Shown here: piece after piece, positions 1 through 7,538 of the stretch
Layout: each line of letters opens with the position of its first letter
Position numbering within the stretch: position 1 is the stretch's first letter
Assembly: GCA_021802045.1 (NCBI GenBank)
Contig: JAKABB010000001.1
Coordinates: 7,072 to 71,071, forward strand
DNA length: 64,000 nucleotides
From: a bacterium
Lineage (GTDB): Bacteria; Chloroflexota; Dormibacteria; Aeolococcales; Bog-877
Direction of reading: 5' to 3'
The notes under the pieces: model-generated
The model's input: the letters and a program-made list of their open reading frames with translations, nothing else
Told to the model about the DNA's origin: nothing
The model's database searches: none
Made by a program: the position numbers and the translations under genes

Positions 1-252
1 TCGTTTCTCCTCTGCGCCTTCTGGATGGTCAATAACCTTGCCCTTCAGGGGCGGGACCGAGCCGCCCGTGACCTGTTCGAGCACCTCACCAGCCATGGCA
101 ACGACTTGGGCCTGTTCTCCGAGGAAGTGGATGCGGCCTCCCGGACCATGTTGGGCAACTTCCCTCAGGCCTTCACCCACCTGGCCATCATCAACTCGGC
201 GGCCCACATCGAGCGGGGTGTCAGCGGCGAGGGTCCTGTACGAGGCGGCTGA
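1..252 (+). CDS. Glycoside hydrolase family 15 (glucoamylase/trehalase-like), C-terminal fragment; 5' end lies outside the window
   Basis: Frame 1 is open from base 1 (SFLLCAFWMVNNLALQGR...DLGLFSEEVD...LGNFPQAFTHLAIINSA). This is the conserved C-terminal block of GH15 enzymes. Stop at 250-252. Confidence 0.75.
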   Translation, partial: SFLLCAFWMVNNLALQGRDRAARDLFEHLTSHGNDLGLFSEEVDAASRTMLGNFPQAFTHLAIINSAAHIERGVSGEGPVRGG

Positions 253-286
253 GCGCCGAGCTGGTCTCGGGCGGCACAATGGTCGG

Positions 287-790
287 GTGGCGAACCTGGA
301 GGTCGACTTCGATCCGGTGGACACCCTGACCGTGGGTGTCTCGGGTGACCCCGGTCGGCGCACGTTCTATCTCGAAGGGACCGCTCGAGGGGAGCGGTGC
401 ACCCTCCTTGTTGAGAAGGTACAAGTTCTCGAGTTGGGGCGGCGACTGTTCCAGGTCCTAGAGACGGGGGACGACGTGACGCCCGCCCCGGAACCGGTGG
501 CGGGGCCGGACGGACCGCCCGGATGGCGCGTCGGCAGCATTCAGGTGGCCATCGACGAGGAGGCGACCCACGCCATCCTGCTTGCGGAAGAGATGGCCGC
601 TGACGAGGGAGTGGAGGAGGGGCCGCGGTCGGCCCGCTTTGTGGCTGACCTTGGGCAGATCCGGGCGCTGGCCGCCCGTGCGCTCGACGTGGTCGGAGGT
701 GGTCGGCCCCTCTGCCCCATGTGCCAGCAACCAGTGGAGCCCACGGGGCATGTGTGCCCCTCGAGCAACGGACACCGCCCGCAGGCCTGA
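287..790 (+). CDS. DUF3090 (TIGR03847-type) conserved protein
   Basis: GTG at 287 gives ANLEVDFDPVDTLTVGVSGDPGRRTFYLEG...GRPLCPMCQQPVEPTGHVCPSSNGH, the typical DUF3090 N-terminal block and C-terminal Cys/His cluster. The upstream part of the 38..790 ORF overlaps the GH15 gene and looks non-coding. Confidence 0.8.
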   Translation: MANLEVDFDPVDTLTVGVSGDPGRRTFYLEGTARGERCTLLVEKVQVLELGRRLFQVLETGDDVTPAPEPVAGPDGPPGWRVGSIQVAIDEEATHAILLAEEMAADEGVEEGPRSARFVADLGQIRALAARALDVVGGGRPLCPMCQQPVEPTGHVCPSSNGHRPQA

Positions 791-879
791 GGAAACGCGC
801 CCGGCTCTGGTGCCGTTGGGCGCGGGTGGGGCACTCCGGAGCCACCGGGTGCCGCCTGGGGCGGGTACTTGGCCCCCTC

Positions 880-905
880 GGGTGCTGACCGGGTGGTCAG
901 CACCC
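880..905. terminator. Perfect 11-bp stem / 4-nt loop hairpin between convergent genes (candidate bidirectional terminator)
   Basis: GGGTGCTGACC-GGGT-GGTCAGCACCC read directly. It lies between the DUF3090 stop (790) and the minus-strand small ORF stop (1020). There is no U-tract. Confidence 0.5.
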
Positions 906-1019
906 TGACTCACGAGGAACTGAGCAGGGCGGGACCGCAGCCGGCCCCACGGGCATGTCCGCGCCGCGAGAGCCGTCTCCCGCCTGAAGCAGGTTGGCTG
1001 AACGGAGCGGAAGCGGCTG

Positions 1020-1247
1020 TCAGTTGCCCGTGATGGTCATCGGATGCGGTCCCTCGAGGATGGCGGCAGCCAGCACGATGACCGTCGTCACGACGAAGAG
1101 TGTCGCCACCAAGACGATCAGCGGCACGGCTCGTGCTCGACCCTGAGACGAGATGACGGTTCCGGCGTACATGTAGCTGACCCCCAGGCCGAAGATCGAG
1201 ACGATCGCCAGTACGGTCGCCGCCGCTGCAGTTCCGAAGATTGCCAT
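1020..1247 (-). CDS. Small hydrophobic membrane protein (75 aa, about 2 TM), function unknown
   Basis: The ORF is MAIFGTAAAATVLAIVSIFGLGV...VPLIVLVATLFVVTTVIVLAAAILEG. AGGAG lies 7 nt upstream of the ATG, and a good promoter (TTTACA-17-TAGGAT) lies upstream. Confidence 0.6.
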   Translation of the reverse strand: MAIFGTAAAATVLAIVSIFGLGVSYMYAGTVISSQGRARAVPLIVLVATLFVVTTVIVLAAAILEGPHPMTITGN

Positions 1248-1318
1248 CGTCTAACTCCTGCCCGGGTGGGGGACGGGGGGGCTGATCAGACTGGGGTCCC
1301 GCCAAAGTGGTACACAAC

Positions 1319-1347
1319 ATCCTAGCCGGGGCGAGGTGACTTGTAAA
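1319..1347 (-). promoter_or_regulatory. Sigma-70-like promoter TTTACA-17 nt-TAGGAT for the 75-aa membrane protein gene
   Basis: The minus strand reads TTTACA (1347..1342), a 17-nt spacer, then TAGGAT (1324..1319). This leaves a ~70-nt leader to the ATG at 1247. Confidence 0.45.
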
Positions 1348-1387
1348 GGACTGGTGGAGCTCTGTGTGGACTGGTGGAGCTCTGTGT
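1348..1387. repeat. Perfect tandem direct repeat, 2 x 20 bp (plus: GGACTGGTGGAGCTCTGTGT; minus: ACACAGAGCTCCACCAGTCC)
   Basis: The two units (1348-1367 and 1368-1387) are identical when read directly. They sit immediately adjacent to the -35 element of the minus-strand promoter. Confidence 0.95.
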
Positions 1388-2136
1388 TGTGGTTCAGCGA
1401 TTCTGACCTCGCAACGGTGGGCACAGTGGTGTTGATGGAGCACCGGGGGGCGTCCGGCGGCGCGACGGGGCTGCGCATGCAGTCGCAGGCCGATGCCGGG
1501 CCTGGCAGGGAGAGGCGGTCTCCAACCGCCGGCTCTGCCGTGGAGCGCGGGCTCCGCACAGGGCGGTGCTAGCGCAGAGGGTGTCGGCACCCGGGGGCAC
1601 AGCCATTGGGCCCGGGTCGACGACCGCGGGCAGTCTGGGCAACCCGGTGGGCGACAGCCAGTGGCTGCCGAACGTCTGTGCTGGCATTGGGCGATGCACG
1701 GGGCCTGGACGTCGCACGGGCCTCGCCTACGTTGCCCGGGTGGCGCACGAGACACCCCGACAGGGACTCGCGCCGACACGGGTGTCAGGGACCCGCCCAT
1801 GTTCTTGGGCCCGGGCTGGTGTTGCAGCGACCGGCGACCGGGGAGCGCAGATGTGGTGTCCGGCGAACCCAGAGAGACCGGCGCTGCGGGGTGGGGTCGA
1901 CGCGGACAATCCCATCGGCGGCAGGCGGGGGCCGTGAGCGCGGCCTCGATCGAGATCGCGGCTCGGCAGGCCCCGACCTGCATGCGAGGAGACCGGCGGG
2001 CCATCCGGGCCACGAGGTCGCGGATGGGTCGACTTCACTGGTGGGTCGCGCCCTCCGCCTGGCGCTCAACTGCGGCCGACCCGAGCCAGGTCGCAGGTCG
2101 GGCCGTACGATCCGGCCGGTCGCGCTGAGGTGGGGT

Positions 2137-2165
2137 TTGACAGAACCTGAAGACTGCCGTACTCT
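2137..2165 (+). promoter_or_regulatory. Sigma-70-like promoter TTGACA-17 nt-TACTCT upstream of the oxidase operon
   Basis: TTGACA is at 2137-2142, followed by a 17-nt spacer and TACTCT at 2160-2165. This implies a ~170-nt leader before the ATG at 2340. Confidence 0.45.
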
Positions 2166-2339
2166 GCCAACCACCGGGTCAGCAGCCTGGCGAAGAGAGA
2201 CCGCCGCCGCGCGATGGGGTGGGCCGACCCACTCCGGTGGGATCCGATCGGTTCTACGTCCGCGCTCAGCGGGTCGGAGGCGGTCTGCCAATACCCGGAT
2301 CGGCCAGCCAGAGTCGTCCACAGTCAAGGTAGGGGAGCG

Positions 2340-2996
2340 ATGTCGGTAGCTCAGAAGCTCGCCATGGTGTCGGTGGCGTTCGTCCTTGTCGTGGTCAGCG
2401 TCTTCTTGTACATCACCCAGTGGCTCATGTACCAGGTCCCAGCTCAGCCCGCCAGCGCCCGGGTCGTGAACGGTCAGCGCACCGGCTACCTCACCCTGGC
2501 GACCGTCGGCGCGATAGGCTTCACCAGCCACCCAACTTGGGTTGCCTACCTGGTCCGCGAGCACGGGCGCTGGGTGCACTCCACCGTGTACACCCTACCC
2601 GCCCACGCGCTCATTCACGTGACCGTCGAGGAATACGACACCCAGACCGGTCTCCGCAACCCCTTCATGAGCGTGGTGCGAGGCACGATCGGCGGCGTCG
2701 AGTACGTCAACGGCCGGGCAGTGCGGTATGTCAACGCCAATACGCCAGCTCACACGTTCTCCGTCCCCGCGCTCGGGATCAACGTCCCCCTCCCCGGGAT
2801 CGCTAACTCGAGCTACCCTGGGGACCTCACCAACCCGCACAACTCCCACGTAACCATCAGTTTCAGCTTTCGGACTGGCGGGCCTGGTGTCTACCACTGG
2901 CAGTGCTTCGTCCCCTGTGCCGCGGGATTCCTCTTCGGGCAAGGCGGTCCCATGCAGACGATCGGGTACATGGACGGTCTCCTCAGGGTGGCTTGA
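2340..2996 (+). CDS. CoxII-like cupredoxin membrane protein (N-terminal TM anchor plus cupredoxin fold with an atypical Cys-x3-Cys site)
   Basis: The ATG at 2340 is preceded by AGGTAGGGGAG. The N-terminal TM is MSVAQKLAMVSVAFVLVVVSVFLYI. AHTFSVPALGINVPLPG parallels the HxFW..LG..PG block of CoxII, and YHWQCFVPCAAGFLFGQGGPM parallels the CxxxCGxxHxxM CuA loop. The upstream part of the 2214 ORF looks non-coding. Confidence 0.7.
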   Translation: MSVAQKLAMVSVAFVLVVVSVFLYITQWLMYQVPAQPASARVVNGQRTGYLTLATVGAIGFTSHPTWVAYLVREHGRWVHSTVYTLPAHALIHVTVEEYDTQTGLRNPFMSVVRGTIGGVEYVNGRAVRYVNANTPAHTFSVPALGINVPLPGIANSSYPGDLTNPHNSHVTISFSFRTGGPGVYHWQCFVPCAAGFLFGQGGPMQTIGYMDGLLRVA

Positions 2997-3056
2997 GCCG
3001 CGTGCCGGGGGAGTAAAGCACATGAACAAGCGACCTTTGGAGGGTGAGCGGGCCTG

Positions 3057-3887
3057 ATGGACAACAGCAAGCACTTGGTTCGGGCCACCGCTATCTGGTT
3101 GGTACTGTCCCTGATCTCCGTCGTGATCATCCTCCAGTTGCACATCCCGCCTGGCGCAGCGACTACCAGCGCGTCCATTCAGACCGAGGCGGCGGTCGTC
3201 TTCGCGATCATTGCGGCTGTGGTCGGCCTCGGGGTCGTCAGCTTCGGCCTGTACTTCGCGATCGTGTTCCGCCAGCGGGATGGACTGCTGGAAGACGGAC
3301 CGCCCATTGTCGCGAATCCCCGCCTGCAGGGCACATGGCTCGTCGGCAGCATCCTGCTGGTGCTCTTCGCAGCCGGATACGGGTCTGCCGAGCTGGAAGG
3401 CCAAGTCAATCCCAATCTCGTGGTGCCGGCAGGAGCGACCCAGGCAGCCCAGGTCGCGCACCCCCTGGTGGTCCAAGTCATCGGGCAGCAGTGGCAATGG
3501 ACCTATCGCTATCCCCAGTACGGTGGACTGGAGACTCCGGTCCTTGTGCTCCCGGCCCATCGCTTGGTGCAGTTCAACGTCACGTCCCTCGACGTCATCC
3601 ACGGCTTCTGGGCCTACCAGCTCGGCGTCAAGATCAATGCTCAGCCTGGTGCGGATAATGTGGGGTACGTGTACGTCCGCCACACGATGCGATTCGATGT
3701 CGAGTGCTCGTCCCTGTGTGGACTCTGGCACGGGTACATGCGCGACGTGGGCGCTCAGGCTGGTCGCGTTGTCACCTCCTCAGCCTTCGCAACGTGGATG
3801 GCATCGGCCCGGCGCCGCTACGGTCCGCTCGAGAAGGATCTTCCCAAGTACTCTCGGGTGTACTACCCGCAGCCCTACACCTACTGA
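3057..3887 (+). CDS. ctaC: Cytochrome c oxidase subunit II (CuA subunit)
   Basis: Two N-terminal TM helices, VIHGFWAYQLGVKINAQPG, and the CuA motif ECSSLCGLWHGYM. GGAGGG lies upstream. Confidence 0.9.
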   Translation: MDNSKHLVRATAIWLVLSLISVVIILQLHIPPGAATTSASIQTEAAVVFAIIAAVVGLGVVSFGLYFAIVFRQRDGLLEDGPPIVANPRLQGTWLVGSILLVLFAAGYGSAELEGQVNPNLVVPAGATQAAQVAHPLVVQVIGQQWQWTYRYPQYGGLETPVLVLPAHRLVQFNVTSLDVIHGFWAYQLGVKINAQPGADNVGYVYVRHTMRFDVECSSLCGLWHGYMRDVGAQAGRVVTSSAFATWMASARRRYGPLEKDLPKYSRVYYPQPYTY

Positions 3888-3989
3888 CGACGGAGACGCT
3901 GTGCCCATAGCCACCAACATTGCGGACCGCACGTCGACCATGTGGCGCGTGATCCGAGACGAGCCCCGTCCCGGTTCCTGGAGGAGATC

Positions 3990-5897
3990 GTGAGCCAGAC
4001 TGCCCTGCTCGGAAGCGGCCCCTCGAGCCGAGGATTGTCGCTGCGTCGCGTCTTGCTGACCCAGAACCTGCTGACGGCGTCCGTGGTCGGTACTATCCTT
4101 GGACTCTGCGCGTACTGGCTCGGGGCTCACCTCGACACGACCGACAATGGCGACGCTGGCATTCTGTTGGGATATGTCGTGGGGAGCGCCAGCTTCCTCC
4201 TCGCCCTTGGCTTCGGCAATGACCTCCTGCGCTACCTGCGCGGCCGACCAGTGGCGGTGGAGGTGAAGTCGACCGGGACCCAGAGCTGGACGCGCTACTT
4301 CGGAATCTCCTTGGACCACAAGGTGGTCGGAGTCCAGTTCGGCGTCGGCGTCATCTTCATGTTCCTGGTCGCCGGCTTCCAAGCGATGATGATCCGGACC
4401 GAACTTCTGCGCCCGAAGCCCTACCTGTGGCCCGCTGGTCAGTACACGGCCCTAGTGGGCCTTCACGGCCTGATGATGATGTTCGTCGCCACCTTGGTCA
4501 TCGTCGGGCCCTTCGGCAACTACTTCGTCCCGGTTATGATTGGGGCCAAACGCATGGCGTTCCCGCGGCTGGAGGCGCTTGCGTTCTGGCTGGTCCCCCT
4601 TGCGGCAATCGTCCTGTACTCCTCCATCTTCCAGGGCTCCGGCGGCGGCTTCCCGACCGGCTGGACGGGCTACGCCAACCTGGCCGACGAGGCCCGCGCC
4701 GGCATGGACGGGTACATCGTAGCGTTCTGCTTTATCGGTACGGCCGCCGTCATTGCCGGCATCAACCTGCTCACCACGATCTTCGTGCTGCGTGCACCGG
4801 GCATGAGTTGGAGCCGGCTCCCAATATTTGCGTGGGCCATGGTGGCGGTCGAGTTCCTCTCGGCACTTGCTCCGCCTGTGCTCGCGTCGACGCTCATCAT
4901 GGTAGGCATGGACCGTGCGGTGCACTCATCCTTCTTCCTGCCTTCAAACGGCGGCAGCCCGTACCTCTACCAGGAAATGTTCTGGTTCTTCGGGCATCCA
5001 GAGGTTTACATCTTCGCGATTCCAGCCTTTGGCATTGCTCTGGAGATGCTGCCAGTCTTTGCACGCAAGCCTCTGTTCGGCTACAAGATCGGAGTGGCTG
5101 GCATGGTCGGACTGGCGATGCTGAGTTGGTTCGTCTGGAACCATCACATCTTCACGAGTGGCATCGCACCGGGCCTGCGACCCTTCTTCATGACCGCTAC
5201 GGAGTTCATCTCGATTCCCACGGGGATCGTGTTCCTGAACATGCTTGGCACGCTGTGGCGGGCGAAGATCAGCTACCGAGTCCCGATGCTCTTCGTCCTA
5301 GCCTTCTTCTTCAACTTTCTCATTGGGGGCCTGACCGGAGTCTTCCTGTCGGACGTTCCTCTGGACACGACGCTGCATGGCACCTTCTTCGTCGTGGGCC
5401 ACTTTCACTACACGATTGTCGGTGGCGAGATCTTCGCCATGTACGCGGCCACCTACTACTGGTTCCCGAAGATTACGGGCAAGATGCTCAATGAGCGGAT
5501 TGGCCAAATTCACTTTTGGACTGCATTCGTCTTCTTCAACACGACGTTCATGCCATTCTTCGCCCTGGGATTCCTGGGCATGCCTCGGCGCGTGCCGACG
5601 TACTTCCCAAGCCTGCAGGGCCTCAACATCTTTATTTCCATCAACGCCTATCTGTTTGGACTGTCTAACCTCATCTTCATTGGGAACATCATCTATTCGT
5701 GGGCCTTCGTGTCGGAGCGTGCGCCCGCGAATCCGTGGAACTCACGCTCGCTGGAGTGGCAGCTACCCACACCCATCCCACCGGACAACTTCGAGCGGAT
5801 TCCGACCATCATCGCGGGTCCGTATGAATACGGGAACCCGACGGCCCTGCCGGTGGCGGACTTCGGGGCGTCCCCAGCCGTCGCTCCGTCGGTATAG
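3990..5897 (+). CDS. ctaD: Cytochrome c oxidase subunit I (haem-copper oxidase catalytic subunit) with an N-terminal 2-TM extension
   Basis: Contains GHPEVYIFAIPAFG, WNHHIFTSG, VVGHFHYT and the DHKVVG start of the canonical core. The GTG at 3990 follows GGAGGAG. An ATG at 3942 is an alternative start. Confidence 0.93.
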   Translation: MSQTALLGSGPSSRGLSLRRVLLTQNLLTASVVGTILGLCAYWLGAHLDTTDNGDAGILLGYVVGSASFLLALGFGNDLLRYLRGRPVAVEVKSTGTQSWTRYFGISLDHKVVGVQFGVGVIFMFLVAGFQAMMIRTELLRPKPYLWPAGQYTALVGLHGLMMMFVATLVIVGPFGNYFVPVMIGAKRMAFPRLEALAFWLVPLAAIVLYSSIFQGSGGGFPTGWTGYANLADEARAGMDGYIVAFCFIGTAAVIAGINLLTTIFVLRAPGMSWSRLPIFAWAMVAVEFLSALAPPVLASTLIMVGMDRAVHSSFFLPSNGGSPYLYQEMFWFFGHPEVYIFAIPAFGIALEMLPVFARKPLFGYKIGVAGMVGLAMLSWFVWNHHIFTSGIAPGLRPFFMTATEFISIPTGIVFLNMLGTLWRAKISYRVPMLFVLAFFFNFLIGGLTGVFLSDVPLDTTLHGTFFVVGHFHYTIVGGEIFAMYAATYYWFPKITGKMLNERIGQIHFWTAFVFFNTTFMPFFALGFLGMPRRVPTYFPSLQGLNIFISINAYLFGLSNLIFIGNIIYSWAFVSERAPANPWNSRSLEWQLPTPIPPDNFERIPTIIAGPYEYGNPTALPVADFGASPAVAPSV

Positions 5898-5911
5898 GAG
5901 GAGCCTCAGTC

Positions 5912-6565
5912 ATGATGTCGAGTCCGCGGGCATCCGGTGCGTCTGGGACGTACGTACATCCGCCCGAGCAGCTGGTGCGGATCCCAATGGTGGGCGGGTG
6001 GCTCGCCGTGGGAGCCGACCTCTTCCTGTTGCTCCCGTGGTTTTTCGCCTTCTTCTACCTGGAGGCTCTGAACACTCACCACGACTGGAAGCCGTCGGGG
6101 GTCCATCCGCCCTCAGTGGCGCTGGGGACCCTGGTGATGCTGTTGGCGGTCGGTGGAGTAGCGGTGTACTTCGTCGGCATCAGGTGGCTGCTTGACCGGG
6201 GCACGTACCCGCGGTTCGTGCCCATGGGCTGGACAGCGATGGTATTGGTGGTGGCGAGCATTGCGGTGAACGTCGTGCAGCTGTCGCACATGGGCTTCGG
6301 CGTGAGCAGCGGCGGGTATGCGAGCGTCTTCGTCGGGCTCAGCGTCGTTTACACCATCCAGCTCGGCGTGCTGGTGCTGTGGCTGCTGGCAGTGACGAAT
6401 CGAGCGCGCTACGAGATCGCCCACCCTCCGGTCGCCCCGACTGATGGGGTCGCGCTTTCCGAGGAAGCGATGCCCCTCGAGGCAATGGGGGCGTCATTAC
6501 GAGTCTTTGCGGGCTTTCTGGGCGCGGTGGTACTGCTGTCCTGGCTCGTTCTGTACTTCCTGTAG
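5912..6565 (+). CDS. ctaE: Cytochrome c oxidase subunit III-like membrane protein
   Basis: AGGAGG lies 8 nt upstream. The product is a 217-aa polytopic protein directly after ctaD (FLLLPWFFAFFYLEALN...). The assignment rests on position and hydrophobic pattern. Confidence 0.7.
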   Translation: MMSSPRASGASGTYVHPPEQLVRIPMVGGWLAVGADLFLLLPWFFAFFYLEALNTHHDWKPSGVHPPSVALGTLVMLLAVGGVAVYFVGIRWLLDRGTYPRFVPMGWTAMVLVVASIAVNVVQLSHMGFGVSSGGYASVFVGLSVVYTIQLGVLVLWLLAVTNRARYEIAHPPVAPTDGVALSEEAMPLEAMGASLRVFAGFLGAVVLLSWLVLYFL

Positions 6566-6616
6566 CCCAGGCAGCCGGAGCAAAGGTCCGATGGGCATCC
6601 CCGGGAGCGCTACGGC

Positions 6617-7525
6617 ATGGGCCTGATGTCTGTCGGAGTTTGGCAGGGATGGCGGCTCCTGTCGATCGAGCCGTTGGTGTTGCTGCCAGTGATGCTGGTG
6701 GGGTGGCTGTACTGGCGCGGCGCGACGCGGATCGGGTGGGCCCGGGATCGGGCGGCGCGACGCCGGCACCGTTGGCGACTCGGTGCCTTCTACGGCGGGC
6801 TGGCGTCGATTCTGGTGGCGCTGGACTCTCCCGTCGACTATCTGGCCCAACTGCTCTTCTGGGTGCACATGGTGCAACACCTGCTTCTTCTGGTGGTGGC
6901 TGCACCGCTGATCGTGGCCGGAGCACCGTGGATGCCCGTGTGGCGCGGCCTGCCGCTCTCGTTCCGCCGATGGTTGGCGCCGCAGGTACTGATGTGGAGC
7001 CAGCGCCGGCTGGTGAAGGCGGGCGTCCGCGTGCTCTGGTCGCCCGTCACGGCCCTGGTCCTGCTGACCGGGGTGGTGTGGGGATGGCACATTCCGTCCG
7101 CATACGACCTGAGCCTGAGAAACCAGGCGATCCATGACTTGGAACACTTGAGCTTCCTAGTAGCAGGGGTCCTGTACTGGGTCCATACCATGGACTCGGT
7201 GCCATTGCGTCGTTCCATGCACCCACTGGCGGTGCTGGGGTATCTGCTCGCGGGTGCCTTCCAGGGATGGATGCTGGCGATGCTGCTGGGGTTTGCCGCA
7301 CATCCGTTCTACGCGCCCTACGTCGAGCTGACTCACCGGCCGGGGGGGATCTCAGCTCTCACTGACCAGCAGATCGGAGCTGGGATGATGTGGGTCCCTG
7401 CCTCCATCCCGTTCACTATCCTGGTAGACATCACGGTCTTTCGGTGGTTGCGGGACGACGAGCGGGAGGCCGACGAGAAGGTGCGGAACATTCGTGGGGC
7501 GGAGGAGGTCCTGAGTCATCGCTGA
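6617..7525 (+). CDS. ctaG: Cytochrome c oxidase assembly factor CtaG (caa3_CtaG family)
   Basis: Polytopic protein with FWVHMVQHLLLLVVAAPLIVAGAPW and a MWVPASIP block typical of Bacillus-type CtaG. It sits inside the oxidase operon. Confidence 0.8.
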   Translation: MGLMSVGVWQGWRLLSIEPLVLLPVMLVGWLYWRGATRIGWARDRAARRRHRWRLGAFYGGLASILVALDSPVDYLAQLLFWVHMVQHLLLLVVAAPLIVAGAPWMPVWRGLPLSFRRWLAPQVLMWSQRRLVKAGVRVLWSPVTALVLLTGVVWGWHIPSAYDLSLRNQAIHDLEHLSFLVAGVLYWVHTMDSVPLRRSMHPLAVLGYLLAGAFQGWMLAMLLGFAAHPFYAPYVELTHRPGGISALTDQQIGAGMMWVPASIPFTILVDITVFRWLRDDEREADEKVRNIRGAEEVLSHR

Positions 7526-7538
7526 GTCTGGCGGCGCG

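Noticed and set aside
1270-1300. GGGGCTGATCAGAC, resembling the 5' end of tmRNA (GGGGCTGA...).
   Set aside because: No TTCGAC continuation follows, no tag-peptide reading frame is present, and there is no ...TCCACCA tRNA-like 3' end within 450 nt. It lies in the 5' UTR of the minus-strand small gene.
910-2013. A 367-aa minus-strand ORF and other ORFs (1493..2128, 1606..2349, 1785..2579) covering the ORF-free region.
   Set aside because: They overlap one another in several frames. They are rich in Arg, Pro and Cys, show no motifs, and run across the mapped promoters and the small-protein gene.
2139-2155. ACAGAACCTGAAGAC, resembling the RNase P RNA 3' motif ACAGAACCCGGCTTA.
   Set aside because: The essential GGAAAGTCCGGGC and other universally conserved RNase P blocks are absent from the preceding 500 nt. 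The element coincides with a promoter spacer.
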